Source of the DNA: Eledone cirrhosa
Taxonomy: Eukaryota
Assembly (NCBI GenBank): GCA_964016885.1
Contig: OZ024746.1
Span: forward strand, 16,926,001 to 16,990,000
Direction: 5' to 3'
Length of the DNA stretch: 64,000 bases
Shown: positions 12,180 through 25,265 of the stretch, piece by piece
How the letters are laid out: every line of letters begins with the position of its first letter
Position numbering within the stretch: the stretch's first letter is position 1
Made by a program: the position numbers and the translations under genes
The notes under the pieces: generated by a model
The model's database searches: none
Seen by the model: only the letters and a program-made list of their open reading frames with translations
Told to the model about the DNA's origin: nothing

Positions 12180-12760
12180 TCATCATCATCTTATGTCCGC
12201 TTTTCCTTGCTTGCAAGGGTGAGACAGGAACTGATTCTGGCTTGATTTCTACAGCTGGATGCCCTTCCTAACACCAACCTCATTTACAGTGAGTGCTGGG
12301 TGCTTTTTTGCCGTGGCACCTCCACGTCCACTTTACAGTGGAATGATATGGACCCCAGTCCTATCATCTCATTTCTACAGCTGAGTAAACTGGAGCAATG
12401 TGAAATAAAGTGTCTTGCTCAAGGAAACAACACATCACCCGGTCTGAGAATTGAACTCACAATCTTTCAATTGCAAGGCCAATGCTCTAACCACTAAGCC
12501 ATGTGCCTCCAGTCAGTTCTTATTTATATTTATTTATTTCCCACCAATATAGGGTGGAGGACCATGTCTCACTCAAATATTCCATTTTTGGTATGGTTTC
12601 TGTGGCTGGATGCTCTTCTTAACATCAACCACTTTACAGTGGTTATTTTATCATGGCACCAGCACTACAGAGGCTGTCATGTCCTCAACAAGACTAAACA
12701 GTTCTTTCTATCTTACATGTCTCCAACCACTTTACAGAGTGTACTTGGTGTATTTTATCA
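12180..12760 (-). mobile_element. Nested SINEs: RTE-tail (CAT)n family with a tRNA-headed SINE inserted
   Basis: catcatcatcttatgtccgcttttccttgcttgcaaggg; ggatgcccttcctaacaccaacc; aaataaagtgtcttgctcaagg...ctctaaccactaagccatgtgcc. Confidence 0.65.
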
Positions 12761-13619
12761 TAGCAACATCGTCTCATTTTATTTTGGTGTGGAATAAAAG
12801 ATAGATTCGTAATATTTAAAAATAAGGAGAAAAAAAAATAAAAAAAGCCAACATATTTTTTTCTCTTTCTTTCAAAGATAATAAAAAATACAAAAAAAAA
12901 AGAAGAAAAACAAAGATTTGATGTTAAATTATTTAAAATAATGGATTTACTCGAAAAGACAGGAGAGATTTACTGGGTTAAACATACATTGATTTAGATT
13001 GTGAGGCAATTTTAAATGAATATTTCAAAATAGTTGAACAGATTTTGAAATTTAGAAACCTGTCATGTATTGTAATTGTGGACTTAGTTTCTCACACTGT
13101 GAGTGAGTGTGAATGTGTGTGTCTGTGTGTAAATGAGTGCATTTGCATGAGTGTGTACACGTGTGTTAATGTGAGTGTGCAATTTGACTGTGGTTTTTCA
13201 GAAAATTAGTCACTCTTTTCTGTCCTGGCATTTGGCTTCAAAACATGAACTTCAAACATTTAACAAGTTTATATTACTTCCTGTAAAAGTCAGGAATGAC
13301 TTATCAAAACTTAGCTCAGTTTTAGAGTGAAAAGAAAACTCTTTATATAATGGTAAAAATAAATAATGTAAGCATATCCTTGTGTGCGTGTCTTTCTGTG
13401 TTTTTTTTTCTTTCCGTATCGACACCGTTTAAAGGAAGTGGGGATGTTTGTTTTATGTCATGCCCAAACATGTCCTACAGCTTAGAGATATAATGATGGT
13501 CAGTGATAAAAATTATACTTAAATTAATGTTTAATGTTGAGTTGGTATCAGGAATATCATCCAGCATGGAAAAATGGACATAGAAATAAAGATGAGGATG
13601 GTGATGTGTATTATTATTC

Positions 13620-14363
13620 CTGATAAAGTTAAGTACCAGTCAAGTACAGAGACAATTAGTGGATTGTCAGAATCATTAAAGCATTGGACAAAATGTTTTA
13701 CAGCATTTAGTTACAGCCCTTTACTTTCTAAGTTCAAATTCTGCCGAGGTCAACTTTGCTTTTCATCCTTTGAAGGTCGATAAAATAAAGTACCAGTAAA
13801 ATACTGAGATTGGTATAATCGATATTTCCCTTTCACCCAAAATTGTGGCCTTTTGCCTAATTTAGAAACAAATATTGCTGTTGTTGTTGTCATAAGGGCA
13901 GTGAATTGGTAGAATTGTTGTCAGACAAATTCCTGGCAGTATTTGACCCAGCTCTATAGGTTCTGAGTTCAAATGCTACCAAAATAAACTTTGCCTTTCA
14001 TCATTCCAGAGTTGATAAAATAAAGTACCAGTAATATTCTGAGGATGGAGGTTGCAATGTTATCTACCTACATATTGCTGGCCTTGTGCCAAAATTAGAA
14101 ATCAAGGGCAGTGGAATCAGTAGAGCATTGAATAAAATACTTTGTGGCATTTAGTTACGCATTTCTACATTCTAACTTCAAATCCTGCCGAGGTCAACTT
14201 TGTCTTTCTTACTCCTGGGGCCAAAATTGTTGGCCTTGTGCCTAAATCAGAAACCATTAGATAAATTAAAGTATCAGTAAAACACTGGGGTTCATTTAAT
14301 CGGCTTTCTCCTCCCCTAAAATTGTTGGCCTTGTGCCTAAACCAGAAACCATTATTATTATTA
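13620..14363 (+). mobile_element. Head-to-tail cluster of 3-4 Deu/Nin-type SINE copies
   Basis: ttcaaat...aactttg...taaagtaccagt...tggccttgtgcc..aattagaaa repeated at ~13655, ~13897, ~14105 and ~14260. Confidence 0.8.
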
Positions 14364-14808
14364 TTTAACTTGTCTGTTTAAAAGAATTCTGTAACAATCT
14401 TGGCGTGTTGGTAGAATACGAAAATGATATTATCTTAGGATTGGCTTTTAAGCAGTTTGATTGAATATTGGTATTTAATCTACTTGTGAGTGTGAGAGAT
14501 TTATTTACAACTGGCTTTAAAGAGGATAAAATTGATTCTAAATTGGAACATTTAAAGAACATTATTAGATTATTAATATCAATAAGATTTGATCTTGTTA
14601 GATCTAATCTAATCTATCTGCTTATTTCTTTATTGTTTTATAATATAACAGCATTAGCCTGCAGACAATATATAAAGATTTCCTAATTTGGAAACTTGAC
14701 TAGATTAAGGTATCACATAGGGATAGGTTTTTTTTTCATCTTTTCTTTTCTTAGATTCTTGGCCATGCCTTGTAAGAAAATTTGGTAGGCAGAAGCTATA
14801 TGAAAGAT

Positions 14809-14848
<40 letters not shown>

Positions 14849-14849
<1 letters not shown>

Positions 14850-15080
14850 GATGACGTCACTAACCAGTGACCAACCCAAGGACGTGCAAAGCAGATGAAG
14901 GTGGACGATATAGGCTTGTAGGGCCAGAAAACCCCAGAAAGAGGATATGATCTGAAATCAATAGACGTGTCTGAGAAACCTGCGAGACTAGAGTCAGGTA
15001 GATCCACACATGGATCACACCGCGAGCTGTTCACCAGGGAAACAATTGTAACACACAATAAATTGACTTCCGATGCATCA
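14849..15080 (+). mobile_element. Possible solo LTR (232 bp)
   Basis: CpG-rich block bounded by TGATG...CATCA, with aataaa ~20 nt before the end. It lies between (TA)n and (CT)n tracts, and no TSD is visible. Confidence 0.4.
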
Positions 15081-15096
15081 CTGATTTTTCGTTTTC

Positions 15097-15190
<94 letters not shown>

Positions 15191-15529
15191 TATAAAATGA
15201 AATGACAGGAGGCCAAATATGTTGAATTTCCATAATTATTTATTTCTGCAAACACTATGCACATTTCAGTGGCCAGGTTGTGTAAGGACCCAGTAACATC
15301 TTCAGGTGTAAATTACGTAATAGATGTATACCAATAGAATGATGGTAAACTTTAAGGAAACAAGCAAAGAAAAAACAAAGAAAAATTGTGTGTTTGTTTT
15401 TGACCCAGAGACAAACGAAGCAGCATGCTGCTACATTGCCTCGAGGCAATTTTTCTTCTCTCTTTTTTCCAACCCATGCCAGCATGAAAAGCAGACATAA
15501 AATGAAGATGAGGATACACTGGCAATGCT

Positions 15530-15865
15530 ATGTAAACTTGTCATCTAACTTCTCTTTGAGCTACTTGATATTGCTTTTTGCTGGCCCAATTTCTACAGTA
15601 TTTCTCTGTCTGTCTGTTAGCTTCTGTTCCATCACCAAGACATGGCTAGTATCTTGTCCTTCCTTTAGGATTCCGCCTGATTCTTATTCTAATGTCAGAG
15701 TTTGGTGGTGCAGTCTTCTCTGGGAAGAAAGAGACCTATTCATAACCATCTGTTTATTCCATTTCCTAATGTGTATGAAGTCAATCAGGCTTGCAAGCTC
15801 GCCTGACTGGTAGGTGATCAAGTGGCTGGCCACTCTCCTGTAGTGTTGCAGATGGTCAAATCATT
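15530..15865 (-). mobile_element. RTE-clade LINE endonuclease fragment
   Basis: Minus strand reads DLTICNT...ASHLITYQSGELASLIDFIHIRK, matching the APE motif HLITY.SG...SQIDYIL; frameshifted. Confidence 0.7.
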
Positions 15866-15884
15866 TTTTTCTTTCTGGGAGAAG

Positions 15885-16110
15885 AAATCGGCTGTGTTCA
15901 GACCCGGAAGTCCGTATTGTATTGCAATTTATCATTTGGTCTGTTAAATCGTGTCCGTTAAACTGTGTTTGTGTGTGTATGTATATACCGCCAACGTCAT
16001 GGAACCCCTGAACCGTATGTCTATTCCGTCCGATCGAGATAGAGGTAGCCAGTTATAAGAACGAGCCGCGCGAACAATGATTGCATCCAACGGGACCGTG
16101 GAACGTTTAT
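15885..16110 (+). promoter_or_regulatory. CpG-enriched candidate promoter and first exon
   Basis: Local CpG excess in non-repeat-looking sequence, ETS/GABP motif CCGGAAGT at 15904-15911, Kozak-like gccaacgtcATGG at 15999, and donor-like C|gtatgt at 16014/16015. Confidence 0.55.
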
Positions 16111-16501
16111 GTGACTCACTGTGATTCTTTCTAAATATAATATATTTTGGAATAAATACTTTATTTGTGTCGCTGGTCGATTATTAAACAGTGGGTCAGT
16201 TTTACAATCGTAATTGAACTCACGATTATTTTAGTATTATTGTTATTCTCGAGGACACTGAAAAAATCAAGTTAAATTGCTGCAAGCTGGACTCAGTGCT
16301 GTATGAGTTCCCTCCCTTACATAGATTCGTTTTTTTTTTGTTTTTTTTTTTTTTAATGCGTAGAATGACCTACCGAATTTATTCAATTGAATGTTATGTC
16401 AAATAGCCTTTATTTGTTTTTTGGCAGGTGGGGTGGGGGTATGTGTTCATTTAATTTCAATAATCTCCGTTAGTCATAACTTACTGTTTAATTTTCCACA
16501 G

Positions 16502-16533
16502 CAAAGAGCTAAAGCATAAAGACTTATTGATAT
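16502..16533 (+). other. Candidate 32-nt exon 2, probably 5' UTR
   Basis: Acceptor ttaattttccacag and donor AT|gtaagt. Joined to exon 1 it gives only MEPLNPKS*, i.e. a uORF. Confidence 0.5.
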
Positions 16534-17293
16534 GTAAGTGCTCGATTTTAAAATCAGATATTTGTCTGAAGGTCTTATTGTATTTACAAATGTGAGGGAT
16601 TCCAAACGCAGAAAACATCTGTAATAAGTCAATCTCTATTGATAATAGTTAAGAAAAATCAATGGCGATGCCGCAGCATGGCCTCAGCTGAAACATGTAA
16701 CAGAGTAATAATTTACATTTAGAGATGGAAAAGGAAAAAAAGTGGACAGAAGTACCTACGAGGAATTGAACCCCTTACTTCTCAAATACCATGCAAGTGT
16801 ATCACCATTATGCTAACACTTCATTAATTCATAAGGTTTATTGATTTTGAATCATCATCATTTTTGTGTCAACTTCTCCATGTACATGGGTTGTACAAGG
16901 CTTGTACAAGTCTGTTGCTATCTCGCCTGTTGCACCTCCTGATGCTAACCTACACTTTATTTCCAAGTATGGTATCTACTGCTGACTATTATCGATCAGC
17001 TAACTGTGGGACATATTATTTACATGGCACATAAATAAATGTCACCACAACATATACAGTGACTTTCTCACTCCCCCTCCTCTCTCTCTCTCTCTCTCAT
17101 TCCTAAAACATTGGTCAGTGTAAAGCTATAGTTCAAGTCACACACTGAAGGTGCCATATGGCAGAATTGAACCACTTCCTTACAAAACCAATTTATTAAC
17201 CACACATCCATGCTTATATAAAGCCATAAGGGAAGCAATAGTTGGTTAAATTAACTCTAGTGCATGATTGATACTATTATATTGACTGTAGTA

Positions 17294-18584
17294 CGAGGGG
17301 GGATCAAAAAGTTTGCGAAATTTTTCAGAAAATATTCTATTTTTCAAAAAATATGATTTATCTTCAATTTAGTTTTCTACATAGTTGCCATCCAGGTCAA
17401 TACACTTCACAAGGCGATGCTTCCAGCTTCGTAAGCCATCTCTAAAGAAAGTTGAAGGCCTTGTTCAAAGCCATGTGTTGGCAGTGTTTTTAGCTTCTTC
17501 AACACCACTAAAACGAGTTCCTTTTAGCATTTCTTTGAGTTTTGGAAAGAGGAAAAAGTCTGATAGGGCTAAATCTGGACTATAAGGCAGGTGAGGAAGC
17601 ACTTCCCATCGAAATTCTCAAAGAACTTATTTTGCAACCCGCGCAGAATTCGCTGGTGCATTGTCATGATCAAACAAGATCCCACCATGAAGTTTCCCTT
17701 TTCGTTTCTTGACTAATGCCTCTTTCAGCTTCCTTAAAACATTTCCATAGTAAGCTCCTATCACAGTTCTTTGACCTTCAAGATAATCTATTAGTATCAC
17801 CCCATCTGATTCCCAGAAAATGGTGGCCATCACTTTTTGATTCGACTTTTGAAATTTGAACTTGATTGGCCCCGATGATCCACGTGGAAGCCACTGTTTT
17901 GACTGTTGTTTGGATTCAGGATCATACTGGTAGATCCAGGTTTCATCTCCGGTGAGGATTCTGGTCAGGAAATGCTCTTCATCAACTTCAATGTTGTTTA
18001 ATATTGCCAAAGTCAGATCACTTCGAAGAATCAGCTGATCAGGGCGCAACGCTTTTGGGACCCATCGCGCTGAAAGCTTGCTTAGTCCCAAATTATCGTG
18101 CAGAATTGAATTTGCCGAACCATATGAAATGTCTAGGGACTTAGCTAACTGATTAACTGTTATTCTTTGATCTTCTTCAATTAAAGTCTGAGCAGCCTCA
18201 ACGTTTTGGTCATCTTTTGATGTTCCTGGTCGTCTTCAAGGTCGTCTCTCCCTTGTTTGAATCGCTGAATCCATTTGTAGACAGCAGTTTTCTTTGGAGC
18301 AGTAGTACCGTAAACTTTAACTAAAGCCTCCATAATCTGTGTCCCTTTCCATTTGAGTTTCACCAGAAACTTGATATTCGATCTTATCGCAAAATAACTA
18401 TTTTCCATTGTTCCAAAAAGAGGTTTTTTAAAGAGTGTCAGTACTGTACAATAGTCCGCGCATAACTGACTGCAAGTGACTGTAAGGTAAACACCCAGTA
18501 ACAATGTTCTGACATGTTTAATATTGTTTTAACCTATTTTTTTCTTACTACGATAAAATTCCCAAACTTTTTGATCCCCCCTCG
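17294..18584 (-). mobile_element. Full-length mariner transposon (DD34D, irritans/Hsmar2-like), 1291 bp
   Basis: TIRs cgaggggggatcaaaaagtttg / caaactttttgatcccccctcg, with TA duplication at 17292-17293 and 18585-18586. Confidence 0.95.
17369..18408 (-). pseudogene. Mariner transposase, disrupted
   Basis: MENSYFAIRSNIKF...ARWVPK...TGDETW...HDNAPA...YSPDLALSDFFLFPKLK...DGNYVEN*, with frameshifts and stops. Confidence 0.92.
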
Positions 18585-18628
18585 TAGAATGAACAGAAAA
18601 TATTGGCTTACAACAGGTGGAATTAAAT

Positions 18629-21600
18629 ACTGTAATGTATCTAGTCTGGCCCTCTCTGTACTCTGTTACACCACTGTAATGTAACTAGTCTGGCTCTCTC
18701 TCTACTCTGTCACACCACTGTAATGTAGCTAGTCTGGCCCTCTCTCTACTCTGTTACACCACTGTAATGTATCTAGTCTGGCTCTCTCTCTACTCTGTCA
18801 CACCACTGTAATGTATCTAGTCTGGCCCTCTCTCTACTCTGTCACACCACTGTAATGTAGCTAGTCTGGCCCTCTCTCTACTCTGTTACACCACTGTAAT
18901 GTATCTAGTCTGGCTCTCTCTCTACTCTGTCACACCACTGTAATGTATCTAGTCTGGCTCTCTCTCTACTCTGTCACACCACTGTAATGTAGCTAGTCTG
19001 GCCCTCTCTCTACTCTGTTACACCACTGTAATGTATCTAGTCTGGCTCTCTCTCTACTCTGTCACACCACTGTAATGTATCTAGTCTGGCCCTCTCTCTA
19101 CTCTGTTACACCACTGTAATGTATCTAGTCTGGCCCTCTCTCTACTCTGTTACACCACTGTAATGTAACTAGTCTGGCCCTCTCTCTACTCTGTTACACC
19201 ACTGTAATGTAACTAGTCTGGCCCTTTCTCTACTCTGTTACACCACTGTAATGTATCTAGTCTGGCCCTCTCTCTACTCTGACACACCACTGTAATGTAG
19301 CTAGTCTGGCCCTCTCTCTACTCTGACACACCACTGTAATGTATCTAGTCTGGCCCTCTCTCTACTCTGACACACCACTGTAATGTAACTAGTCTGGCTC
19401 TCTCTCTACTCTGTTACACCACTGTAATGTATCTAGTCTGGCCCTCTCTCTACTCTGTTACACCACTGTAATGTAACTAGTCTGGCCCTCTCTCTACTCT
19501 GTTACACCACTGTAATGTAGCTAGTCTGGCCCTCTCTCTACTCTGTTACACCACTGTAATGTATCTAGTCTGGCCCTCTCTCTACTCTGTTACACCACTG
19601 TAATGTAGCTAGTCTGGCCCTCTCTCTACTCTGTTACACCACTGTAATGTATCTAGTCTGGCTCTCTCTCTACTCTGTCACACCACTGTAATGTATCTAG
19701 TCTGGCTCTCTCTCTACTCTGTCACACCACTGTAATGTATCTAGTCTGGCCCTCTCTCTACTCTGTCACACCACTGTAATGTAGCTAGTCTGGCTCTCTC
19801 TCTACTCTGTCACACCACTGTAATGTAGCTAGTCTGGCCCTCTCTCTACTCTGTCACACCACTGTAATGTAGCTAGTCTGGCCCTCTCTCTACTCTGTCA
19901 CACCACTGTAATGTAGCTAGTCTGGCCCTCTCTCTACTCTGTCACACCACTGTAATGTAGCTAGTCTGGCCCTCTCTCTACTCTGTCACACCACTGTAAT
20001 GTAGCTAGTCTGGCCCTCTCTCTACTCTGTCACACCACTGTAATGTAGCTAGTCTGGCCCTCTCTCTACTCTGTTACACCACTGTAATGTATCTAGTCTG
20101 GCTCTCTCTCTACTCTGTCACACCACTGTAATGTATCTAGTCTGGCTCTCTCTCTACTCTGTCACACCACTGTAATGTATCTAGTCTGGCCCTCTCTCTA
20201 CTCTGTCACACCACTGTAATGTAGCTAGTCTGGCTCTCTCTCTACTCTGTCACACCACTGTAATGTAGCTAGTCTGGCCCTCTCTCTACTCTGTCACACC
20301 ACTGTAATGTAGCTAGTCTGGCCCTCTCTCTACTCTGTCACACCACTGTAATGTAGCTAGTCTGGCCCTCTCTCTACTCTGTCACACCACTGTAATGTAG
20401 CTAGTCTGGCCCTCTCTCTACTCTGTCACACCACTGTAATGTAGCTAGTCTGGCCCTCTCTCTACTCTGTCACACCACTGTAATGTAGCTAGTCTGGCCC
20501 TCTCTCTACTCTGTCACACCACTGTAATGTAGCTAGTCTGGCCCTCTCTCTACTCTGTCACACCACTGTAATGTAGCTAGTCTGGCCCTCTCTCTACTCT
20601 GTTACACCACTGTAATGTAGCTAGTCTGGCCCTCTCTCTACTCTGTTACACCACTGTAATGTATCTAGTCTGGCCCTCTCTCTACTCTGTTACACCACTG
20701 TAATGTAACTAGTCTGGCTCTCTCTCTACTCTGTCACACCACTGTAATGTATCTAGTCTGGCCCTCTCTCTACTCTGTCACACCACTGTAATGTAGCTAG
20801 TCTGGCCCTCTCTCTACTCTGTCACACCACTGTAATGTAGCTAGTCTGGCCCTCTCTCTACTCTGTCACACCACTGTAATGTAGCTAGTCTGGCCCTCTC
20901 TCTACTCTGTCACACCACTGTAATGTAGCTAGTCTGGCCCTCTCTCTACTCTGTCACACCACTGTAATGTAGCTAGTCTGGCCCTCTCTCTACTCTGTTA
21001 CACCACTGTAATGTAGCTAGTCTGGCCCTCTCTCTACTCTGTTACACCACTGTAATGTATCTAGTCTGGCCCTCTCTCTACTCTGTTACACCACTGTAAT
21101 GTAACTAGTCTGGCCCTCTCTCTCTACTCTGTCACACCACTGTAATGTATCTAGTCTGGCTCTCTCTCTACTCTGTCACACCACTGTAATGTATCTAGTC
21201 TGGCCCTCTCTCTACTCTGTTACACCACTGTAATGTATCTAGTCTGGCTCTCTCTCTACTCTGTCACACCACTGTAATGTATCTAGTCTGGCCCTCTCTC
21301 TACTCTGTTACACCACTGTAATGTAACTAGTCTGGCTCTCTCTCTACTCTGTCACACCACTGTAATGTATCTAGTCTGGCCCTCTCTCTACTCTGTTACA
21401 CCACTGTAATGTAACTAGTCTGGCTCTCTCTCTACTCTGTCACACCACTGTAATGTATCTAGTCTGGCTCTCTCTCTACTCTGTCACACACCACTGTAAT
21501 GTAACTAGTCTGGCTCTCTCTCTACTCTGTCACACCACTGTAATGTAACTAGTCTGGCTCTCTCTCTACTCTGTTACACCACTGTAATGTATCTAGTCTG

Positions 21601-23055
21601 GCCCTCTCTCTACTCTGTTACACCACTGTAATGTAACTAGTCTGGCTCTCTCTCTACTCTGTTACACCACTGTAATGTAACTAGTCTGGCCCTCTCTCTA
21701 CTCTGTTACACCACTGTAATGTAACTAGTCTGGCTCTCTCTCTACTCTGTCACACCACTGTAATGTATCTAGTCTGGCCCTCTCTCTACTCTGTCACACC
21801 ACTGTAATGTATCTAGTCTGGCCCTCTCTCTCTCTGTCACACACCACTGTAATGTATCTAGTCTGGCCCTCTCTCTCTACTCTGTCACACACCACTGTAA
21901 TGTAACTAGTCTGGCCCTCTCTCTCTACTCTGTCACACACCACTGTAATGTAGCTAGTCTGGCCCTCTCTCTACTCTGTCACACACCACTGTAATGTATC
22001 TAGTCTGGCCCTCTCTCTACTCTGTCACACACCACTGTAATGTAACTAGTCTGGCCCTCTCTCTCTACTCTGTCACACACCACTGTAATGTAGCTAGTCT
22101 GGCCCTCTCTCTACTCTGTCACACACCACTGTAATGTATCTAGTCTGGCCCTCTCTCTACTCTGTCACACACCACTGTAATGTATCTAGTCTGGCCCTCT
22201 CTCTACTCTGTCACACACCACTGTAATGTAACTAGTCTGGCCCTCTCTCTCTACTCTGTCACACACCACTGTAATGTATCTAGTCTGGCCCTCTCTCTAC
22301 TCTGTCACACACCACTGTAATGTAACTAGTCTGGCCCTCTCTCTCTACTCTGTCACACCACTGTAATGTAGCTAGTCTGGCCCTCTCTCTACTCTGTTAC
22401 ACCACTGTAATGTAGCTAGTCTGGCCCTCTCTCTACTCTGTCACACCACTGTAATGTAACTAGTCTGGCCCTCTCTCTACTCTGTCACACCACTGTAATG
22501 TAGCTAGTCTGGCCCTCTCTCTACTCTGTCACACCACTGTAATGTAACTAGTCTGGCCCTCTCTCTACTCTGTCACACCAGTGTAATGTAGCTAGTCTGG
22601 CCCTCTCTCTACTCTGTCACACCACTGTAATGTAGCTAGTCTGGCTCTCTCTCTCTACTCTGTCACACCACTGTAATGTAGCTAGTCTGGCCCTCTCTCT
22701 ACTCTGTTACACCACTGTAATGTATCTAGTCTGGCCCTCTCTCTACTCTGTCACACACCACTGTAATGTAGCTAGTCTGGCCCTCTCTCTACTCTGTTAC
22801 ACCACTGTAATGTAACTAGTCTGGCCCTCTCTCTACTCTGTTACACCACTGTAATGTATCTAGTCTGGCCCTCTCTCTACTCTGTCACACACCACTGTAA
22901 TGTAGCTAGTCTGGCCCTCTCTCTACTCTGTCACACACCACTGTAATGTAGCTAGTCTGGCCCTCTCTTTACTCTGTCACACACCACTGTAATGTATCTA
23001 GTCTGGCCCTCTCTCTACTCTGTCACACACCACTGTAATGTAGCTAGTCTGGTTC
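18629..23055 (+). repeat. 44-bp minisatellite, ~100 copies
   Basis: Unit actgtaatgta(t/g/a)ctagtctggc(c/t)ctctctctactctgt(t/c)acacc; 46-48 bp variants cluster after ~21830. Confidence 0.98.
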
Positions 23056-25265
23056 TGTCACATTACAATATTCCCTTTTGATAGCAACATACTCCAAATC
23101 ACCTCTGATTCTATGAAACAAAATCATTCATTTTTAAGGGTTTTTATATAAAATAAAGTCTAGCAGCATACTATACTTATATATAAGGACCATATTTTCA
23201 GTTTATATATATATATATATATATATTATATGCCATCATGAATTCTGGTAGTTAAGAGTTAACATAGTTTAAATAAATACTTCCAATGTATCTATGTATA
23301 TGTGTGTATGAGGAAACTCTCTTCAAATGTTGCTATTAAGGATGTATTATCTAATTCCATACATTGATCATACTTAACATTGTATGTGTTGTTGTTTTTT
23401 GTGTCTACGTATGTGTTTTTGTGTTTGTTTGTGTGTGTGTGTATGTACATATACTTACATTCCAGATAGTAAATATGTGTGTGTGTGTGTGTACATATAT
23501 TTACATACCAGATAGTAAATATATATATATATATATGTGTGTGAACAGGAATACTTACATGCCAGCTGGTTAATAGCTAATCTAAATAAGTACTTTCTCC
23601 TTTAGCTCTCTTATTTTGAAACTTTGGCAAATTCTCCTATTATCTTTTATTCTTCCTTCTATTAATTGGTGACACACAAGTCAAGGGCAATTCTAGAACT
23701 CTTGTATTGAAGAATCTACTTCACTTTCTATGCCAAATCAACTTTCTTTCTCTACTTAGGCCATAGTTGCTGTTGTTCTTTTCCCAAAAAGAAACTTTTA
23801 TCTCTACTCAAAAAAAACCTCTTGAATATCTCACCAATCAAAATAAAAAATAAAAAATTATATAAACCACTGTTTTGATATGACCATTAACATTTATTTC
23901 CTGTTCTGTTTTTCTAATGTTGAACATTTCACAATTTTTAAAACTCATGACATGTGGCCTTGTGGTTAGGGTGTTGGACTCATGATCATAACATCATGGA
24001 TGTGATTTCTGAACTGGGTGGTGGTGTTGTTCCTTCTGTCAGGAGTTGCAACTGCTAGATAGTATCAACAATGGAAAGACCATTGGAAAAGTTGATCTCT
24101 CTCTCTCAAACTTTTGATACTGGGAAGCTATACTGGAGAGAACTTATGGAGAAGCATACAAAAAATCTGATGATGATGATGAATGGACTGGAATGGAATA
24201 CTTCTCTGTTAGTTATAAGAATGGCACTGGTAGATTTTCCTTTTATAGAAAATTCTGGAGTAAATGTTGAGAAAAATAAGAAGTTTTAGTATATTTGTGA
24301 TACTTATTAATACATTTTCACTATTGGAAGTAATTACATTTGAGTAATTATTTTAATGAGATTGGAATAAATTGTTTTTTGGAGACAGGGCAGGTATAAA
24401 TAAGCATGCTTCTATATCTTTGAATGAACACATTGTGAAGATTGAGAGAGGATGGAGAAAGGAAAGGTTTAGAAGTTTGGGGGCATAATTATTTTTAATT
24501 AGGTTTTTGGTGCCCAAGGCATTAAATATATTAAGAATAACTTGACTAAATCTGAAGTGCAATCTTAAGGTCTGCTACAATCCCTGCTATAATAATCTCA
24601 TTAAATATTTAAAACAGTCTTTATATTATATAATTTAAATACTGTGTTGTCTAAGATATCTGTATTAATTTTAGCTATATTTAACAGAGTAATTGTATTT
24701 TGTATGATGTATTTTTGGTTAGATGCCATAGAAAGCTTGGCAAACAAATAGTTGGGAGAACCCATCAGTTGTGTCAAGAACTTAACAACCTCCCTAATGT
24801 TGGTGATCTACATGATAAACACACCCAGTACATGCTATAAAGTGGTTGATGTTAGGAAGGGAATCTAGCCATAGAAAACTTGCCAAGCAAGGGGTTGGGA
24901 GGACCCTTCAATTGTGTCAAACACTTCTGTACTGTCTTACGTTCTCCTGTGCACTTGAGAACATAAGACAGTACAAAAGTGAGATGTTCATTCCCCCTGG
25001 AGCCTGTCTGTGAGATCAGTAGCACCACTTCAGTGGGAAACCCAACCAACACTAGCTAGCAGAGAAAGTGGACATTATATATATATATATATAGCAGAGA
25101 AAGTGGACATTATATATATATATATATAGCAGGGAAAAGCGGACGTAAAATGATGATGATGATGATATGGAGCTAACTGACAAGGGATCTGCAGATCACA
25201 TTTTAGTCGGTCAGCTGTGATGCAGATAAAATGAAGCGCTCAAGCCAGAGCATTATATAGTATTA

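Noticed and set aside
16415-16440. ttttttggcag|gtgggg as a further recursive site
   Set aside because: Donor is far from consensus. Likewise tag|gttcag (~34266) and tag|gtttag (~57840).
18629-23055. CRISPR-like array
   Set aside because: Contiguous tandem units with no unique spacers and no cas genes, in a eukaryotic context. The same applies to the other arrays.
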